A DNA stretch of 64,000 nucleotides from Candidatus Poribacteria bacterium (lineage in GTDB: Bacteria > Poribacteria > WGA-4E > WGA-3G), in assembly GCA_963663765.2 (NCBI GenBank), contig CAXXUA010000004.1, forward strand, positions 800,001 through 864,000, in the 5' to 3' direction. Of this stretch, positions 20,498 to 31,683 are shown one piece after another; the stretch's first letter is position 1; the number at the start of each line of letters is the position of its first letter. The translations under genes were made by a program, and so were the position numbers. Below the pieces are notes generated by a model. That model ran no database searches, was not told the origin of the DNA, and saw only the letters and a list, made by a program, of their open reading frames with translations.

Positions 20498-22405
20498 CTA
20501 CCAATGCTTAAAAGAGTACATCCGTTGTCCTAAAGACAAACCTAAAATTGCCCAAATGCTGCCCATCACAAACTCCCCAAGCATTGCACCAAAAAACAAG
20601 GGGAGTGTCTTGCGATATGCACCAATTCCTCCATGTCTAACAAGTATAGACTTTATAACCCACGCAAGAAAAACAGGAAACCACAACCTACCAAAATTCC
20701 AATTACCAGCAAGCGGATACGCAAGCGGGTGCAACTGCCACCAGATAAACCGCAAACGCATATAGAGCGTACTAAGCGTCAACAATATACCGAATCCAAA
20801 GAACCCAAGATGTCCAAATTCTGTATCCGATGGCAATGTCAACCAACGTTGGAGGTCACTGAATGCTTCTTGACCCCGCCATGTCCCCAAACTACCATGT
20901 TGGTATCCCGCATGTAAGAATGCAACAAACCCAATCATCAACCCAATGACCGATGCACCCCACATAACCCACAGCAGTTGACGACTGTTGATAGAACCTT
21001 TATCCGCTAACTTAAATCCCTCCAACTGATTCGGCATCGGTTGTGATCGGTAATTACGAGTAAAGCCATACAGAAATGCAAATCCTGTCAAAGTCTGTGC
21101 ACCTATTTTCCTTGATCCAAACAGTGAAGTCAGGAAAAAGCCTGGTCCGGCACGATGAAAATCTTGTGTAGGAGTACCAAGTTCAGCACGCATCCGTGTG
21201 AATGCTAATACAAGTATAAAGTGAATACTGAAGAAACCAAGCACTCCCCACCAAGACATACCGGCTTTCAAGCAGAAACCAAACACTATGGAAATGCTCA
21301 TCAGAAAACCTAAAAATGCAGCGCGATACCCTATCGGTTCACCTTCAGAATTCAGATCAGTTTTCATACCAACTATATTACGGAAAACTTTCCACAAATG
21401 CTTATGTGTAATCCATAGTGCGAAAAAACATAGACCGAAATAAGCACCAAGTGATTGCTTGTCAATGTGCGGATAACCGGGAATCTGATTGAAACCTGTC
21501 ATTGACCCAAACACAAGTTGTACCTTCCAAAACAGATAGAACAACCAGCAGGATAACGACAAATCAAGCGGCATTAAAAAACCGATCCCAATTGCATAAG
21601 GGTTCAGATGTATAGGAGTTGACCCAATAGCGTTTAGCGGTTTCTCCGTGAAAAAACGACCAATATCATGTCGAATAGGAATACCAGGAACAAAAGGGAA
21701 AAGGAAATTCAGTCCGTTCAGTAAGTCCAAGCCTAATCCGATACCGATACCAATCCAAAGGAGGCGATTCTTGTAAAAAACACTACCTTTCGTCATCTCA
21801 AAAGGAAGTAGAATTATCGGGTAACTTAGTTTCTCATGTTCAATCCACTGCTTGCGTAGGATCGCACTGAGCATCATCATAGAAAAAGCAAGTGCAGCAA
21901 AGAAAAGACCCCAGAACAACATAGGTGTAAGCCATGCACGAATGTGGTCTATTTCAAATAAATTTGATGTGCCTTCATAATAACCTGTCAAAGCACCCCG
22001 ATCCATCACCGCAATCCAGTCAGGTATGTATCTGAAAAAGAGGGATTGCCATTCGTTTTCAGGTGTAGCGAACCAACTCGCATGCCCTAACACACACATC
22101 GTTGCTTGCAACAGATCATGTCCGCAAACAACACAAGCCAAAGTTACCATCAGATAGATCGTCAGCATTTCCGCTTGTGAAAGTTTCCATTTCGGTAGAA
22201 AGCGTGTGAGAAACAGGTTACAAATTGCTACAAGAAACAGCGTAAAAATGGCGTTGAACAGAATCGCCATCGTGGTGGGATATTGCGTCGTCCATACCGT
22301 TTCTGTTTGGACAACAAGATAGATATTTAGGGGAAGTGTTAGCAGCCCTAAGACTATGGCGCGCCATGTGATATTTTCGGTTGATAGGCGGGAGGGATTG
22401 TCCAT
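20498..22405 (-). CDS. DUF6785/DUF6784-type polytopic membrane protein (putative transporter)
   Basis: Many TM helices; KQWIEHEKLSYPI, RMRAELG, WWQLHPLAY, GGIGAYRK. Confidence 0.7.
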   Translation of the reverse strand: MDNPSRLSTENITWRAIVLGLLTLPLNIYLVVQTETVWTTQYPTTMAILFNAIFTLFLVAICNLFLTRFLPKWKLSQAEMLTIYLMVTLACVVCGHDLLQATMCVLGHASWFATPENEWQSLFFRYIPDWIAVMDRGALTGYYEGTSNLFEIDHIRAWLTPMLFWGLFFAALAFSMMMLSAILRKQWIEHEKLSYPIILLPFEMTKGSVFYKNRLLWIGIGIGLGLDLLNGLNFLFPFVPGIPIRHDIGRFFTEKPLNAIGSTPIHLNPYAIGIGFLMPLDLSLSCWLFYLFWKVQLVFGSMTGFNQIPGYPHIDKQSLGAYFGLCFFALWITHKHLWKVFRNIVGMKTDLNSEGEPIGYRAAFLGFLMSISIVFGFCLKAGMSWWGVLGFFSIHFILVLAFTRMRAELGTPTQDFHRAGPGFFLTSLFGSRKIGAQTLTGFAFLYGFTRNYRSQPMPNQLEGFKLADKGSINSRQLLWVMWGASVIGLMIGFVAFLHAGYQHGSLGTWRGQEAFSDLQRWLTLPSDTEFGHLGFFGFGILLTLSTLYMRLRFIWWQLHPLAYPLAGNWNFGRLWFPVFLAWVIKSILVRHGGIGAYRKTLPLFFGAMLGEFVMGSIWAILGLSLGQRMYSFKHW

Positions 22406-22423
22406 ACTTATGCATTGTTTCAA

Positions 22424-22547
22424 ATAGTAAAATCCATAATTACTTGGACACGACGGTAGGTTCGGATTCCTAACCGAACTTGTAAACATCTTGCTGTTAG
22501 AAGACGCACCTTAAAGGGAATGTAGACATATTTTTGGATTTCACTAT
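22424..22547. mobile_element. MITE-like element (ATAGTAAAATCCA...TGGATTTCACTAT) with REP GTAGGTTCGGATTCCTAACCGAAC
   Basis: Imperfect inverted ends; internal GTAG hairpin at about 22456. Confidence 0.55.
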
Positions 22548-22554
22548 AATAGAG

Positions 22555-22789
22555 CAGAACTTACGCACCCAACGGTAGGCGGGGAATGCCTAAATGGCAT
22601 TCATACCCGCCGAATGCCATAGGCGCATTCGGCGTTGATTTGGGGGAATGCCAAAAGGCATTCATACCGTTGATTTCTTGATTTCTTGATTTGGTGCTTT
22701 GTAAGCGCGCCGGAAACCTAAAAAATGCTGGAAATTACATCGTTTTCGTCTTAATTCTTGATTGGATCATGAAAACTGCGTAAGTCCTG
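22555..22789. mobile_element. MITE family 1, expanded copy, TSD TAGAG
   Basis: CAGAACTTACGCA...TGCGTAAGTCCTG with TAGAG on both flanks; extra GAATGCC..GGCATTC hairpins inside. Confidence 0.85.
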
Positions 22790-22796
22790 TAGAGGA

Positions 22797-24731
22797 TTAG
22801 AAAGCTCTTTCAATGCCGTAGAAAAGTTGGGGTTGTAAGGAAGGAGTAAAAGGCGGATCAAGCGGATAAGCAAGTTCAAAACGAAAAATACCCGCATCAC
22901 TTACTTGAGAGAAACTTCCTCGGATACCAAACCCAACACTTCTTTTAACATCTCTTATTTCAAACGAATTCCATTTTTCCCATATATAACCAAAATCCGC
23001 AAAAACCGTTCCGCTCAACACAAGTCCAAGATCAACTGTCCGATTCCTAATAAATGGTCTTGAAAAGAAGGTCGCAATCTTTGTCAGTCCATCATTTATC
23101 TTTTCAAAAAATGCACCTCCACAGAGAGTCCGGCTTTCCATACTAAATAGCATCATCTTTTCACCACTAAACTGCCGAAGACCATAGCCTCGTAGACCAT
23201 TAAAAGCGCCAAGGATCACCTGACTTTCACCGCGCAACCCAAACTGCATATCCGTCTTAAACTGCATAACAAACGTCTGTTGGAAATCAAATAAACCATC
23301 TTTTCTGAATCCTTCGTCAACTCTATAAATGTCACCTGTCTTAAATACATCACGTAAATACCAAGAACTACGCGCTTGAAAAATAGAATCCGATATTTGA
23401 TTAGTAAAACTTGTAGCATAAGTCATTAACGTTGACCCAAAAACATGGTTAAGATACACCCATCCGGTATTGTACAAGAAACCAACATAAGTTTCTGATC
23501 TATCTGCACCGTAAAGTGGAGATGCATATCCAAATGAAACACTATATTGAGACCCAGAAAAAAAGTCTTCATCTCCTCCCATTGACCGAATAAACCTTGT
23601 TTGGTGATACTTTACATTTTTGCGACCAACCATAATGCCAATGTATGTGAGGTTGCTGTCTTTCGGTGCAGCTGCAGACATAGTGATGGATTCAATCGGT
23701 TCATACTCCGTACGTTGGGAACTCGACCATAACCCAACATAATTTTGGTGTTCTCTACTACCAAAATACCGTTGAATACCTGTAGAAGACCTATGAATTA
23801 CCTGCTCAAATGTATCTGTTTTCATGCCGTTTTCAAACCAACGCACATGATTGATCTGTTCCGATATAGTGAAACCCGCACTCCAACGACTCTTCAAGGT
23901 ATATTGTGGACGTTCAAACAAAACACTCCATGAATCCCCTTCACGTTTCTGAACGTATTCACCATTAAAGTTCCAGTGAGAACTCACAAGACGAGGTATC
24001 CTATATTTCATGGTAATAAATCCACGCGGTTTTTCATCAACTTCACTTATACGCTCATATCTTATCTCTCCACCTTGTCCAGAACCAAAAAGATTGGGTT
24101 CCCTAACTTCCGCAAGAAAATAATGACTCTGATTGTTTATACCCGGATCTAATGCACCTGTCAGCGAAAAGAATTCAGTAATTGTAACATCAATCGCAAC
24201 TTTTTCTGTTTTTTCATCCCACTTAGGTTCTATCTTTGCTGCACCGATATAGCCTATCTGACGCAAAATCCTTTCACTTTCAATCTTATCTGGTTCGGTA
24301 TAGATGTCACCCTCTTCAAAAAGGAGTTCACGTAGAATGACATTATCATTCGTCTTAGTATTACCGGTCAGTGATATTTTACCTATTTTCCCTTCATCAA
24401 TTTCAATAGTAATATAAATGCCATCATTGAATTTTTTCGGTATATTCTTCACTTGTGCAAAAGTAATATCTCTGTTTTTGTAAAATTGAGTGATGTTTTC
24501 GTTATCTTTTTTCAATGTATCTGCATTATACTGCTTACCCACTTCGGTAACCATCAAACTGAGAATTTGCTTTTGGGCAAACGTATGATTTCCTGTAATA
24601 ACAATATCACGAACTACGTTCGCTTGTTCTCCAAGCACTGACTTTGCATTAAGACAAATTAGTACTGCAATGATGAGAAACATATAGAAAAACTTAATAA
24701 TGTTTTCGGATTTGCATAAACAACGAGTCAT
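22797..24731 (-). CDS. Omp85/BamA-like outer-membrane protein with POTRA domains
   Basis: POTRA ITGN/GNTKTNDNVILRELL, NLFGSG, LRGY motif, SVGFGIR, C-terminal Phe. Confidence 0.8.
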   Translation of the reverse strand: MTRCLCKSENIIKFFYMFLIIAVLICLNAKSVLGEQANVVRDIVITGNHTFAQKQILSLMVTEVGKQYNADTLKKDNENITQFYKNRDITFAQVKNIPKKFNDGIYITIEIDEGKIGKISLTGNTKTNDNVILRELLFEEGDIYTEPDKIESERILRQIGYIGAAKIEPKWDEKTEKVAIDVTITEFFSLTGALDPGINNQSHYFLAEVREPNLFGSGQGGEIRYERISEVDEKPRGFITMKYRIPRLVSSHWNFNGEYVQKREGDSWSVLFERPQYTLKSRWSAGFTISEQINHVRWFENGMKTDTFEQVIHRSSTGIQRYFGSREHQNYVGLWSSSQRTEYEPIESITMSAAAPKDSNLTYIGIMVGRKNVKYHQTRFIRSMGGDEDFFSGSQYSVSFGYASPLYGADRSETYVGFLYNTGWVYLNHVFGSTLMTYATSFTNQISDSIFQARSSWYLRDVFKTGDIYRVDEGFRKDGLFDFQQTFVMQFKTDMQFGLRGESQVILGAFNGLRGYGLRQFSGEKMMLFSMESRTLCGGAFFEKINDGLTKIATFFSRPFIRNRTVDLGLVLSGTVFADFGYIWEKWNSFEIRDVKRSVGFGIRGSFSQVSDAGIFRFELAYPLDPPFTPSLQPQLFYGIERAF

Positions 24732-26809
24732 TATGTTTCCCTTGCGATTGTTGCACTAGCACGATTAGATAGATAACCTTCAATAAGTAAAAGACAAACA
24801 GCTAATACAAGTAATTCACCCCATATTTCCCTACCATGCCTTTTAATGTCTAATGCGTCAGTATCCAAGTTGCCGTTTTCAGTGGTGAATTCTACTTGTG
24901 CATCAACTTGTTTAGACGCTTGTTCAAGAGGTATTTGTGTCAAATCTGCTTCATCTACAGAAGTGTTTACTGCAAAATAATCTCTAATAAGTCTATCTTT
25001 TGTTTGTATGTCAACTTGATACAAACCAGGAAGTTCAGTTGATTCAAAACGGATAGACCCATCCTCAGCAATTGGGACAGCGACCATATCATTTTCCTTC
25101 AGTGCCTCAACGCGTTTTATCCATGCACGTCCACCAGTATTCTGCGGATAACTCGCAATATATGCATCTCCAACGGTGATGTTTTTCTGCATACTGCTAT
25201 GCATGACATAAAGCACACTATGTTGGATAAGTGGTAGGAAATACGGATTTACCAGCAATTCGTTCCCATCTTGCTGTTGTTGAAGACGACAGTTAAAGAA
25301 TAAAATATGGCTATTATCTTCACGTCGTTCAATTAGGAAGGGTGTATTATCCCCATACCGTGCAATTACGTTGGCATCAGCAGCTGGGGTTACTGTTATT
25401 GCTTCGTAAAATCTTGGTCCATATTGACCAGAAAATACGTTCTCAGAGAAAATCTCAAAGATAGGATGTGCCTCCTCAAATTCACTGACCTGTTGCGGAA
25501 TCTGCCATGCTATTGATTCACCAAATTGAACGGGTAACCACGATAGTGTATTCACATTGGAAGCAAAAACGATAATGTCTTTCCCCTGACGAATAAACTC
25601 ACGTAACTGCGCGCTGCTCTTAGCAGTAATCTTTGGCATATCTGCAAGTAATATAACGTCAAAATCTTCCAATGGATAAGCCTCAAACTCGTTAGGACTA
25701 CACGCTACCGGGTGTATCATTGATGTTCTTTTTTGTACTACGGTAGTCTGATCACTTGCTAATGGATTTAATGCCAATATCAGATATTCAGACTGTTCAC
25801 TAACACAAAGCACCCTAATTTCACCAAGTGAATTATATGAAAAGTAGCGTCTGTTATCTGTATTTAAGCGGTCATCTGTCAACGAAAAGTATCCAGTATG
25901 TATTCCAGGTGTAGAAAGTGTTTGTGTAAATGTGGTCATGATTGATTCACCTGCAGTAACTGAAAAAGTGTGTGTTTTTTTCTTCTGATCCCCAAGAAAT
26001 AGCGTTAAAGTCGTTTGATCAATCGCGGCTTCTGAATAATTCTTTATAGTCACGCTCAAATGCAATGGTAAATCCACACCGATAAGTTGGTGTGAAGGTA
26101 GAATTTCTTCAATATTTGTATTATGTCGGCTTCCTGTATTGACAGGTAATAAAACAATTCGTGCACCAGACCGATTCGGTACAAAACCAGTATTAGTCCA
26201 ACCGTTTCTAGCAAAATCTGAAATGATGTATATCTCTTTATTCTGTTGGGTGGATTCATTTAGAATTTCATGTGCGAATTCAATACTCGGTTGAACGATT
26301 GTTGATCGGTAGGATAAACCAGATTTTTGGAGTTCTGCAATCACACTTTCTATATCTGGTGTGAGTTGCCTAAAAATTGGTTGTGGTATATCGGACATTA
26401 AGATAAGTGATGCAGAATCCCCATATCGAAGAGAACGAAGCACATCAATTGCTAACGTCTTGGCTTTATCAAACCAAACACCATCTACATCTTCATATTT
26501 CATGCTATAGGAATTATCTAAAATGATGACCACGTCGGTCTTAGCACGCACTGCCGCAAGTGGTAATCCAAGGGTAAGGAAGGGACGGGCTAAAGCAAGA
26601 GCAAGTAATGCAACAATTAACATACGCAACAGAAGAATCAGCAGCTGCTTCAATTGGAGTCTACTCACATTCTGACGATGTGCAGCGACTAAAAACATCA
26701 AACTACTGAAATCTACTGTTATGGCTTGACGACGACTCCAAAGATGGATCAACAGGGGGATACCTGCAGCGATTAAACCAAAAAGAAATAGCGGATTAAG
26801 AAATGCCAA
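24731..26809 (-). CDS. BatA/vWA domain protein
   Basis: N-terminal FLNPLFLFGL...PLLIHL...LARP; vWA DNSYSM; C-terminal TM; TTG start. Confidence 0.85.
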   Translation of the reverse strand: MAFLNPLFLFGLIAAGIPLLIHLWSRRQAITVDFSSLMFLVAAHRQNVSRLQLKQLLILLLRMLIVALLALALARPFLTLGLPLAAVRAKTDVVIILDNSYSMKYEDVDGVWFDKAKTLAIDVLRSLRYGDSASLILMSDIPQPIFRQLTPDIESVIAELQKSGLSYRSTIVQPSIEFAHEILNESTQQNKEIYIISDFARNGWTNTGFVPNRSGARIVLLPVNTGSRHNTNIEEILPSHQLIGVDLPLHLSVTIKNYSEAAIDQTTLTLFLGDQKKKTHTFSVTAGESIMTTFTQTLSTPGIHTGYFSLTDDRLNTDNRRYFSYNSLGEIRVLCVSEQSEYLILALNPLASDQTTVVQKRTSMIHPVACSPNEFEAYPLEDFDVILLADMPKITAKSSAQLREFIRQGKDIIVFASNVNTLSWLPVQFGESIAWQIPQQVSEFEEAHPIFEIFSENVFSGQYGPRFYEAITVTPAADANVIARYGDNTPFLIERREDNSHILFFNCRLQQQQDGNELLVNPYFLPLIQHSVLYVMHSSMQKNITVGDAYIASYPQNTGGRAWIKRVEALKENDMVAVPIAEDGSIRFESTELPGLYQVDIQTKDRLIRDYFAVNTSVDEADLTQIPLEQASKQVDAQVEFTTENGNLDTDALDIKRHGREIWGELLVLAVCLLLIEGYLSNRASATIARET

Positions 26810-26933
26810 CTATGAACTACTCCTAACCGATACAGATTCTATTAGGGTGGTACAGAGAAGAATTGTACTGTATTTCTCAAACTTGTCAATCCAGTATTGA
26901 TGACTATTTGTCAGAGAAATCCAAAATAGAATT

Positions 26934-28436
26934 TTATTTATTAGATTCAACAACTGCAATTTCAAGCTGATTCAGAGTACGGAAAACACCTTCAGTGTAT
27001 TCTATCATCGTATTTGATTCAACCACTTTTCCCGCAAGTTGAATGTGATTCGCATCAGCAACGATCTGTCCTATCGTAGGATCCATTTGCACCCACTTAC
27101 CAACATAAACTTCGGGCCAAAAATGATAGTAAAACGCGTTCCTCATAAAGACAATACCAGAACAGATTCGTGCGGGAATCCCAACCGAACGCGCCATCGC
27201 TATCATCAAAACAGTGTGTTCTGTACAATCACCAGCACCAGTTTTTAAGGTCGTCAGTGCTGAACTATAACCACCGCTTAGCTGCTTTTCCTTAATAGAT
27301 TTGTAGACCCAGTTAGATAGCTTCTTTGCTGCACGCCAAGAGTTACTTTCACCATCTAAAATTTCTAACGCTTTAGCATGAATGTCGACATCTTCTGCTT
27401 CAATATAAACTGATGACGAAAGATATTCTTGAAGTTCTTTATCTTGAATTGGCAATTCTGGACAATTCGCCTCATCCACATCTGCTACCTTAATGGTTAG
27501 CGTTCCTTTCCGTTCTGAATCTATCTGAAGTTTCTGCCGACTGTCTGTCACAATAGCTTTCTCGAGTTCACCCTTTGTCAGTTGAACATTGGCTACAAAT
27601 TGTTTTGCTCCCCGCTTAGGTCTATTACCAGTAGGAACAATCCGAGTTTTCAGAACTATATCCACTACTTCAACCGCACCAAGAGCTGTTTTACTATCTG
27701 TTTTATTTGCTGTATATGATTGTCCCATCATATCGGTCGAGGTTTTGTATAATGTGCCATCTTCTGAGACCCATAAACGTGTAGTAATACCACCCATAAT
27801 TTCTAACTTTTGTTCCAGAACAAAAACAGGAATTTCTTCAGATTGATAGGTGAAATGTACTTCATCTATAATGCTCATTTCAGACTTTACAGCTTGAAGT
27901 AGATCAAAACTGAAAGTATTGTAGTTGAGTTTTTCACCTATTTTTAAATCCTTTTTTGACATTAAATTGTCAATCGCAAGTGTATCTGAAACTGTATCTG
28001 GGGGAATTGAAATCTCTGATTCTGTTGTCGTCTCATTGATTGTCGTTGCTATGTATGCTACACCATCTTTAATTTTTCCTTCAATCTGTTTGAATCCTGA
28101 TTCATTAGAGGTAGATACGAAGTAACGTGGTTTAAAATCAGCATCCAAATACTCAATGCGATTTGTCTCTATTTTCATTGTTCTACCAAGTCCCTTTAGT
28201 TGCATCATTATATCTGTATTGCTTCGCAACATTTCCTCACCCTGATATTCGGCTTCTTCAAGGTATAAACGCATGTATCCAATTTTTTGTCCCTGCATGT
28301 TCAGGTTATACCAATGTTCTTGCGGATATTTTGTTGACTCACCATTTTCCACCTTTTCACTCTCCACTGCATTACAAATTTGGATTAACACCAACGACAA
28401 TAATGTAAATAGTGTAAATAATTTTGATAGTTTCAT
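26934..28436 (-). CDS. Exported transglutaminase-like protein
   Basis: Signal peptide; GDCTEH, RSVGIPAR, HFWPEVY, DPT (Cys-His-Asp triad). Confidence 0.85.
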   Translation of the reverse strand: MKLSKLFTLFTLLSLVLIQICNAVESEKVENGESTKYPQEHWYNLNMQGQKIGYMRLYLEEAEYQGEEMLRSNTDIMMQLKGLGRTMKIETNRIEYLDADFKPRYFVSTSNESGFKQIEGKIKDGVAYIATTINETTTESEISIPPDTVSDTLAIDNLMSKKDLKIGEKLNYNTFSFDLLQAVKSEMSIIDEVHFTYQSEEIPVFVLEQKLEIMGGITTRLWVSEDGTLYKTSTDMMGQSYTANKTDSKTALGAVEVVDIVLKTRIVPTGNRPKRGAKQFVANVQLTKGELEKAIVTDSRQKLQIDSERKGTLTIKVADVDEANCPELPIQDKELQEYLSSSVYIEAEDVDIHAKALEILDGESNSWRAAKKLSNWVYKSIKEKQLSGGYSSALTTLKTGAGDCTEHTVLMIAMARSVGIPARICSGIVFMRNAFYYHFWPEVYVGKWVQMDPTIGQIVADANHIQLAGKVVESNTMIEYTEGVFRTLNQLEIAVVESNK

Positions 28437-28496
28437 GTGTCTTGTTCCTTGTATAGTTTGGTTTATTCCGGGAGTAATAACCCTAATGATGTCCTT

Positions 28497-29069
28497 TTAT
28501 GTTACCGTTGCCATTGCAACTGTATGGGTGTTCCGCTGTTTTACCTTACGATAGTTTCCAAAAATATCCAAGAATTTCCGTTTGATAAACTGGCGAAGAC
28601 CCGAAATAGTAACTACATAGATCCTACCATTCGGCTTTAGATGGTGTCTTGCATCAGTGAAAAACAGATGTAGCAACTCATTACCAGTTTTTGCTGGTAG
28701 GTTTGAAGCAATTACATCAAATTGGATATTGGAAAGATGACTAAATCCGTTGCTAAGGAACACCTCACAATTTTGGAGTTGATTCTGTTTTACGTTCTTT
28801 TGTGCATAGTCTACCGCAACAAAATCTTTGTCTACCATATAGACTTCTACAGATTGAAAACACTTTCCGATAGTAATACCAACAGCTCCATAGCCACATC
28901 CAAGATCAAGACATGTATCACCACTGTTTATATGTAACTGCTCAACTAAAATCCGTGTTCCAGCATCAATTGCTTTCGGTGAAAACAGGCCCCACGTTGT
29001 TGTAAAGGTCAAGTCATGGCCACGCAATTGTGTGTTAAATGATGTTTCAGTCGGTATTTCTGGTGTCAT
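28497..29069 (-). CDS. Class I SAM methyltransferase (RsmC/MTS-like)
   Basis: GLFSPKAIDAGT, LDLGCGYG, SNLP. Confidence 0.85.
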   Translation of the reverse strand: MTPEIPTETSFNTQLRGHDLTFTTTWGLFSPKAIDAGTRILVEQLHINSGDTCLDLGCGYGAVGITIGKCFQSVEVYMVDKDFVAVDYAQKNVKQNQLQNCEVFLSNGFSHLSNIQFDVIASNLPAKTGNELLHLFFTDARHHLKPNGRIYVVTISGLRQFIKRKFLDIFGNYRKVKQRNTHTVAMATVT

Positions 29070-30430
29070 TACTGTTCTAATAACTTCACTAAATCTTTGC
29101 GAGTTGTCGGTATACTCAAATCCATAAGGTAAATATGAAAACTGTCGTTCCTATCGGAAGCAAACGCCAAATATCTACCGTCAGGGGAGAACGTTGGTTG
29201 AATCGATCTACCTATACCACTTGTAATTTTACGTTCATTTTTTCCATCAACATCAACGAGATAGATTTCCCAGTCGTTATCTCTTGAAGACATAAACGCA
29301 ACCGTTTTGCCATCAGGTGAAACTGTTGGATTGTAACAACCATATCTGTTTGGATTGAGATGTTTTAAGTTTTTCCCATCAATATCTATCATAAAAAGTT
29401 GATTAACACCATTGTGGGAAGATACAAATACCAACCGTTCTTCATCTGGAAAAAATGTTGGACTACCATCGTCAACATCGTTGAATGTAATCCGTTCAGG
29501 TGTAATCTGTTGAGGGATTATCCCTGTAAGTTCTATATCCTTAAATTCAAGCAGATATAATTCCAAATTGTCATCAGTACTTGATTCGTAAACAACCTTC
29601 ATTCCTGAAGGTGATGATCTTGGAGCTCGAGTGCCAAAACTGATGGGTATCACAGCGCGAGTCACTTTGCTATGGATATGTGTCATGTTTAAACCCGCGT
29701 ATGTTGATGTTGAACCACTACCAAGGATGCCAACTTTGACTTCACGCGACGATTTCGATTCACTACTATACAAAAGAAAATTTGGATTCTTCAAAAATGT
29801 AGGAGCACTATCGTTGAAATCCGTTGTATACGTTACACGGCGAAGGATGCGTCCGTTAATATCCATCAGATAGATATCATCATTGTCAAGACGAAAGGAG
29901 GAATACGCAATCTGTGTACCATCAAGGGAGAAGGTCGGGGAATAATTGTCTGATTCACCATTGGTAAGTTGCTTTGTCTTATAGCTATCTCCAACCAATG
30001 AGATTATTTCGCGCAATACTTCTGGGTCAGATGTTCCTTTGTGAATAGTATTTAGCAAACGAAATGCAGATGTTCTATTACCAATCCTTAAATATGTTCG
30101 TGCTAACTCAAGGCGAGCTTCAAGACGTTTATCAGGTTGCGATGTATAGAGTTGTGATGTTCTTTTGAACTGTAAAATGGCATCATCGGAACGATTTAAC
30201 TGGTTGTATACTCGACCCAGTAACATCCGTGCTTCTGGATTGTTCGGTTTCTTATCTATAATTGTTTCCAATTTGTTAACCGCAGTTTCTAACTTTTCCT
30301 CCTCAATGAGTTTCTCAATTTTATTCAAACCGTTATCTTGACACCCAAACACTACAACTATAGAAATTACAAAACTGAAACAAAATAGAAAAGCACAATT
30401 TAGATTAACATTTTGAGTTGCAATATGCAT
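29069..30430 (-). CDS. TPR plus PD40 (TolB-like) lipoprotein
   Basis: VFGC lipobox, TPR helices, repeated PTFSPDG/FVSSR units. Confidence 0.8.
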   Translation of the reverse strand: MHIATQNVNLNCAFLFCFSFVISIVVVFGCQDNGLNKIEKLIEEEKLETAVNKLETIIDKKPNNPEARMLLGRVYNQLNRSDDAILQFKRTSQLYTSQPDKRLEARLELARTYLRIGNRTSAFRLLNTIHKGTSDPEVLREIISLVGDSYKTKQLTNGESDNYSPTFSLDGTQIAYSSFRLDNDDIYLMDINGRILRRVTYTTDFNDSAPTFLKNPNFLLYSSESKSSREVKVGILGSGSTSTYAGLNMTHIHSKVTRAVIPISFGTRAPRSSPSGMKVVYESSTDDNLELYLLEFKDIELTGIIPQQITPERITFNDVDDGSPTFFPDEERLVFVSSHNGVNQLFMIDIDGKNLKHLNPNRYGCYNPTVSPDGKTVAFMSSRDNDWEIYLVDVDGKNERKITSGIGRSIQPTFSPDGRYLAFASDRNDSFHIYLMDLSIPTTRKDLVKLLEQ

Positions 30431-30466
30431 TTTGGTTGTACTGAATTATGGAATTTTTAAATAAAA

Positions 30467-30624
30467 CATGACTTACGCACCCAACGGTAGGCGGTGAATG
30501 CCTAAATGGCATTCATACCGTTGATTTGGTGCTTTGTAAGCGCGCCGGAAACCCAAAAAATGCTGAAATTTACATCGTTTTCGTCTTAATTCTTGATTGG
30601 ATCATGAAAACTGCGTAAGTCCTG
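30467..30624. mobile_element. MITE family 1, TSD ATAAAA
   Basis: CATGACTTACGCA...TGCGTAAGTCCTG with ATAAAA on both flanks. Confidence 0.82.
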
Positions 30625-30667
30625 ATAAAAATTCTGGTATCAATCCGTTTAGGAGTGTCAATATCTA

Positions 30668-31114
30668 TTAGTATCTTCCACGCCATCCTTCACGCACTGC
30701 ATATATCCAACATATTATTGCTTGAAACGTTGCAGTTATTTTTAATATCCAGTTGGGTTTAAACATAATAGTTTTACCATTGTCCAGTGTCCAAATTGCA
30801 ATAGAATTGTCGGTATTCTCAACTCTTTCAACATCGGAGTCTGACGAAATATCTTTGTGATTTGCAGGATGAAAGCGGGTTAAATCACCCCACTCCCTTA
30901 CTGGATAGGAATTGAGATAGAACAGACCGATTGCAGATACAAAAACAATCAATACAATAAATCCTTTGATAAATTGGTTGAGATAAAACTGGCCAAGTCC
31001 AGGTAATATAGCAGACAGAATCATTGCTGTATAGGAACGCGACGAGTGAGGTGGATCCTGTTTTCCTACATGAGTAGTATAATCTGAACTATGTGCAGCA
31101 ATAGAACCTTCCAT
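30668..31114 (-). CDS. Membrane protein (PGLGQFY, TM2/DUF5683-like)
   Basis: LSAILPGLGQFY motif, TM helices. Confidence 0.6.
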   Translation of the reverse strand: MEGSIAAHSSDYTTHVGKQDPPHSSRSYTAMILSAILPGLGQFYLNQFIKGFIVLIVFVSAIGLFYLNSYPVREWGDLTRFHPANHKDISSDSDVERVENTDNSIAIWTLDNGKTIMFKPNWILKITATFQAIICWIYAVREGWRGRY

Positions 31115-31117
31115 TAA

Positions 31118-31486
31118 TTAGGCTTCTCCTTGCGCTACAAGATAAACACCAATACAAATAACTATTGCACCTATGATGCGTACTCTTGGAATAGATTCTT
31201 TGAATAACCACCATGAAAACGGAATCACCATGACATAACCTAAACTCAACATAGGATATGCAATACTAAGCTTAACACGGGATAAGATTACTAACCAAAC
31301 AAATGTAGTAAATCCATAGATGGAGATACCACCCAAAACATACGGATTGAAGATAATTTGAGAAAGTTTCGGATACAGTTCACGAAAACTGCTGATAGAC
31401 CCAACTGTGTTGACTCCTTTTTTAAGTAAGATTTGGCCCAAAACAGTTAAGAGAACGTTAAAGCATAAGAGTAAATAGTCTTTCAT
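31118..31486 (-). CDS. EamA/SMR (ArnE-like) small transporter
   Basis: GQILLKKG, LSIAYPMLSLGY, LFKE. Confidence 0.8.
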   Translation of the reverse strand: MKDYLLLCFNVLLTVLGQILLKKGVNTVGSISSFRELYPKLSQIIFNPYVLGGISIYGFTTFVWLVILSRVKLSIAYPMLSLGYVMVIPFSWWLFKESIPRVRIIGAIVICIGVYLVAQGEA

Positions 31487-31683
31487 AGGAGTATTATACC
31501 ACATGTCAAGACTTTTTTTCAATTCTATAACAATTTGTCAATAGGAGGGTGTGTAAAGTTTTTGGCAAATGTGTTGTCAGAATCACGGATTACTCAAATA
31601 AAACAGGAACCTTACGTATTATGTCTGAATCACAGAGGACACAGAAAACGCGGAATGTGTTTTTTTGCATCATTACCCTCTTG

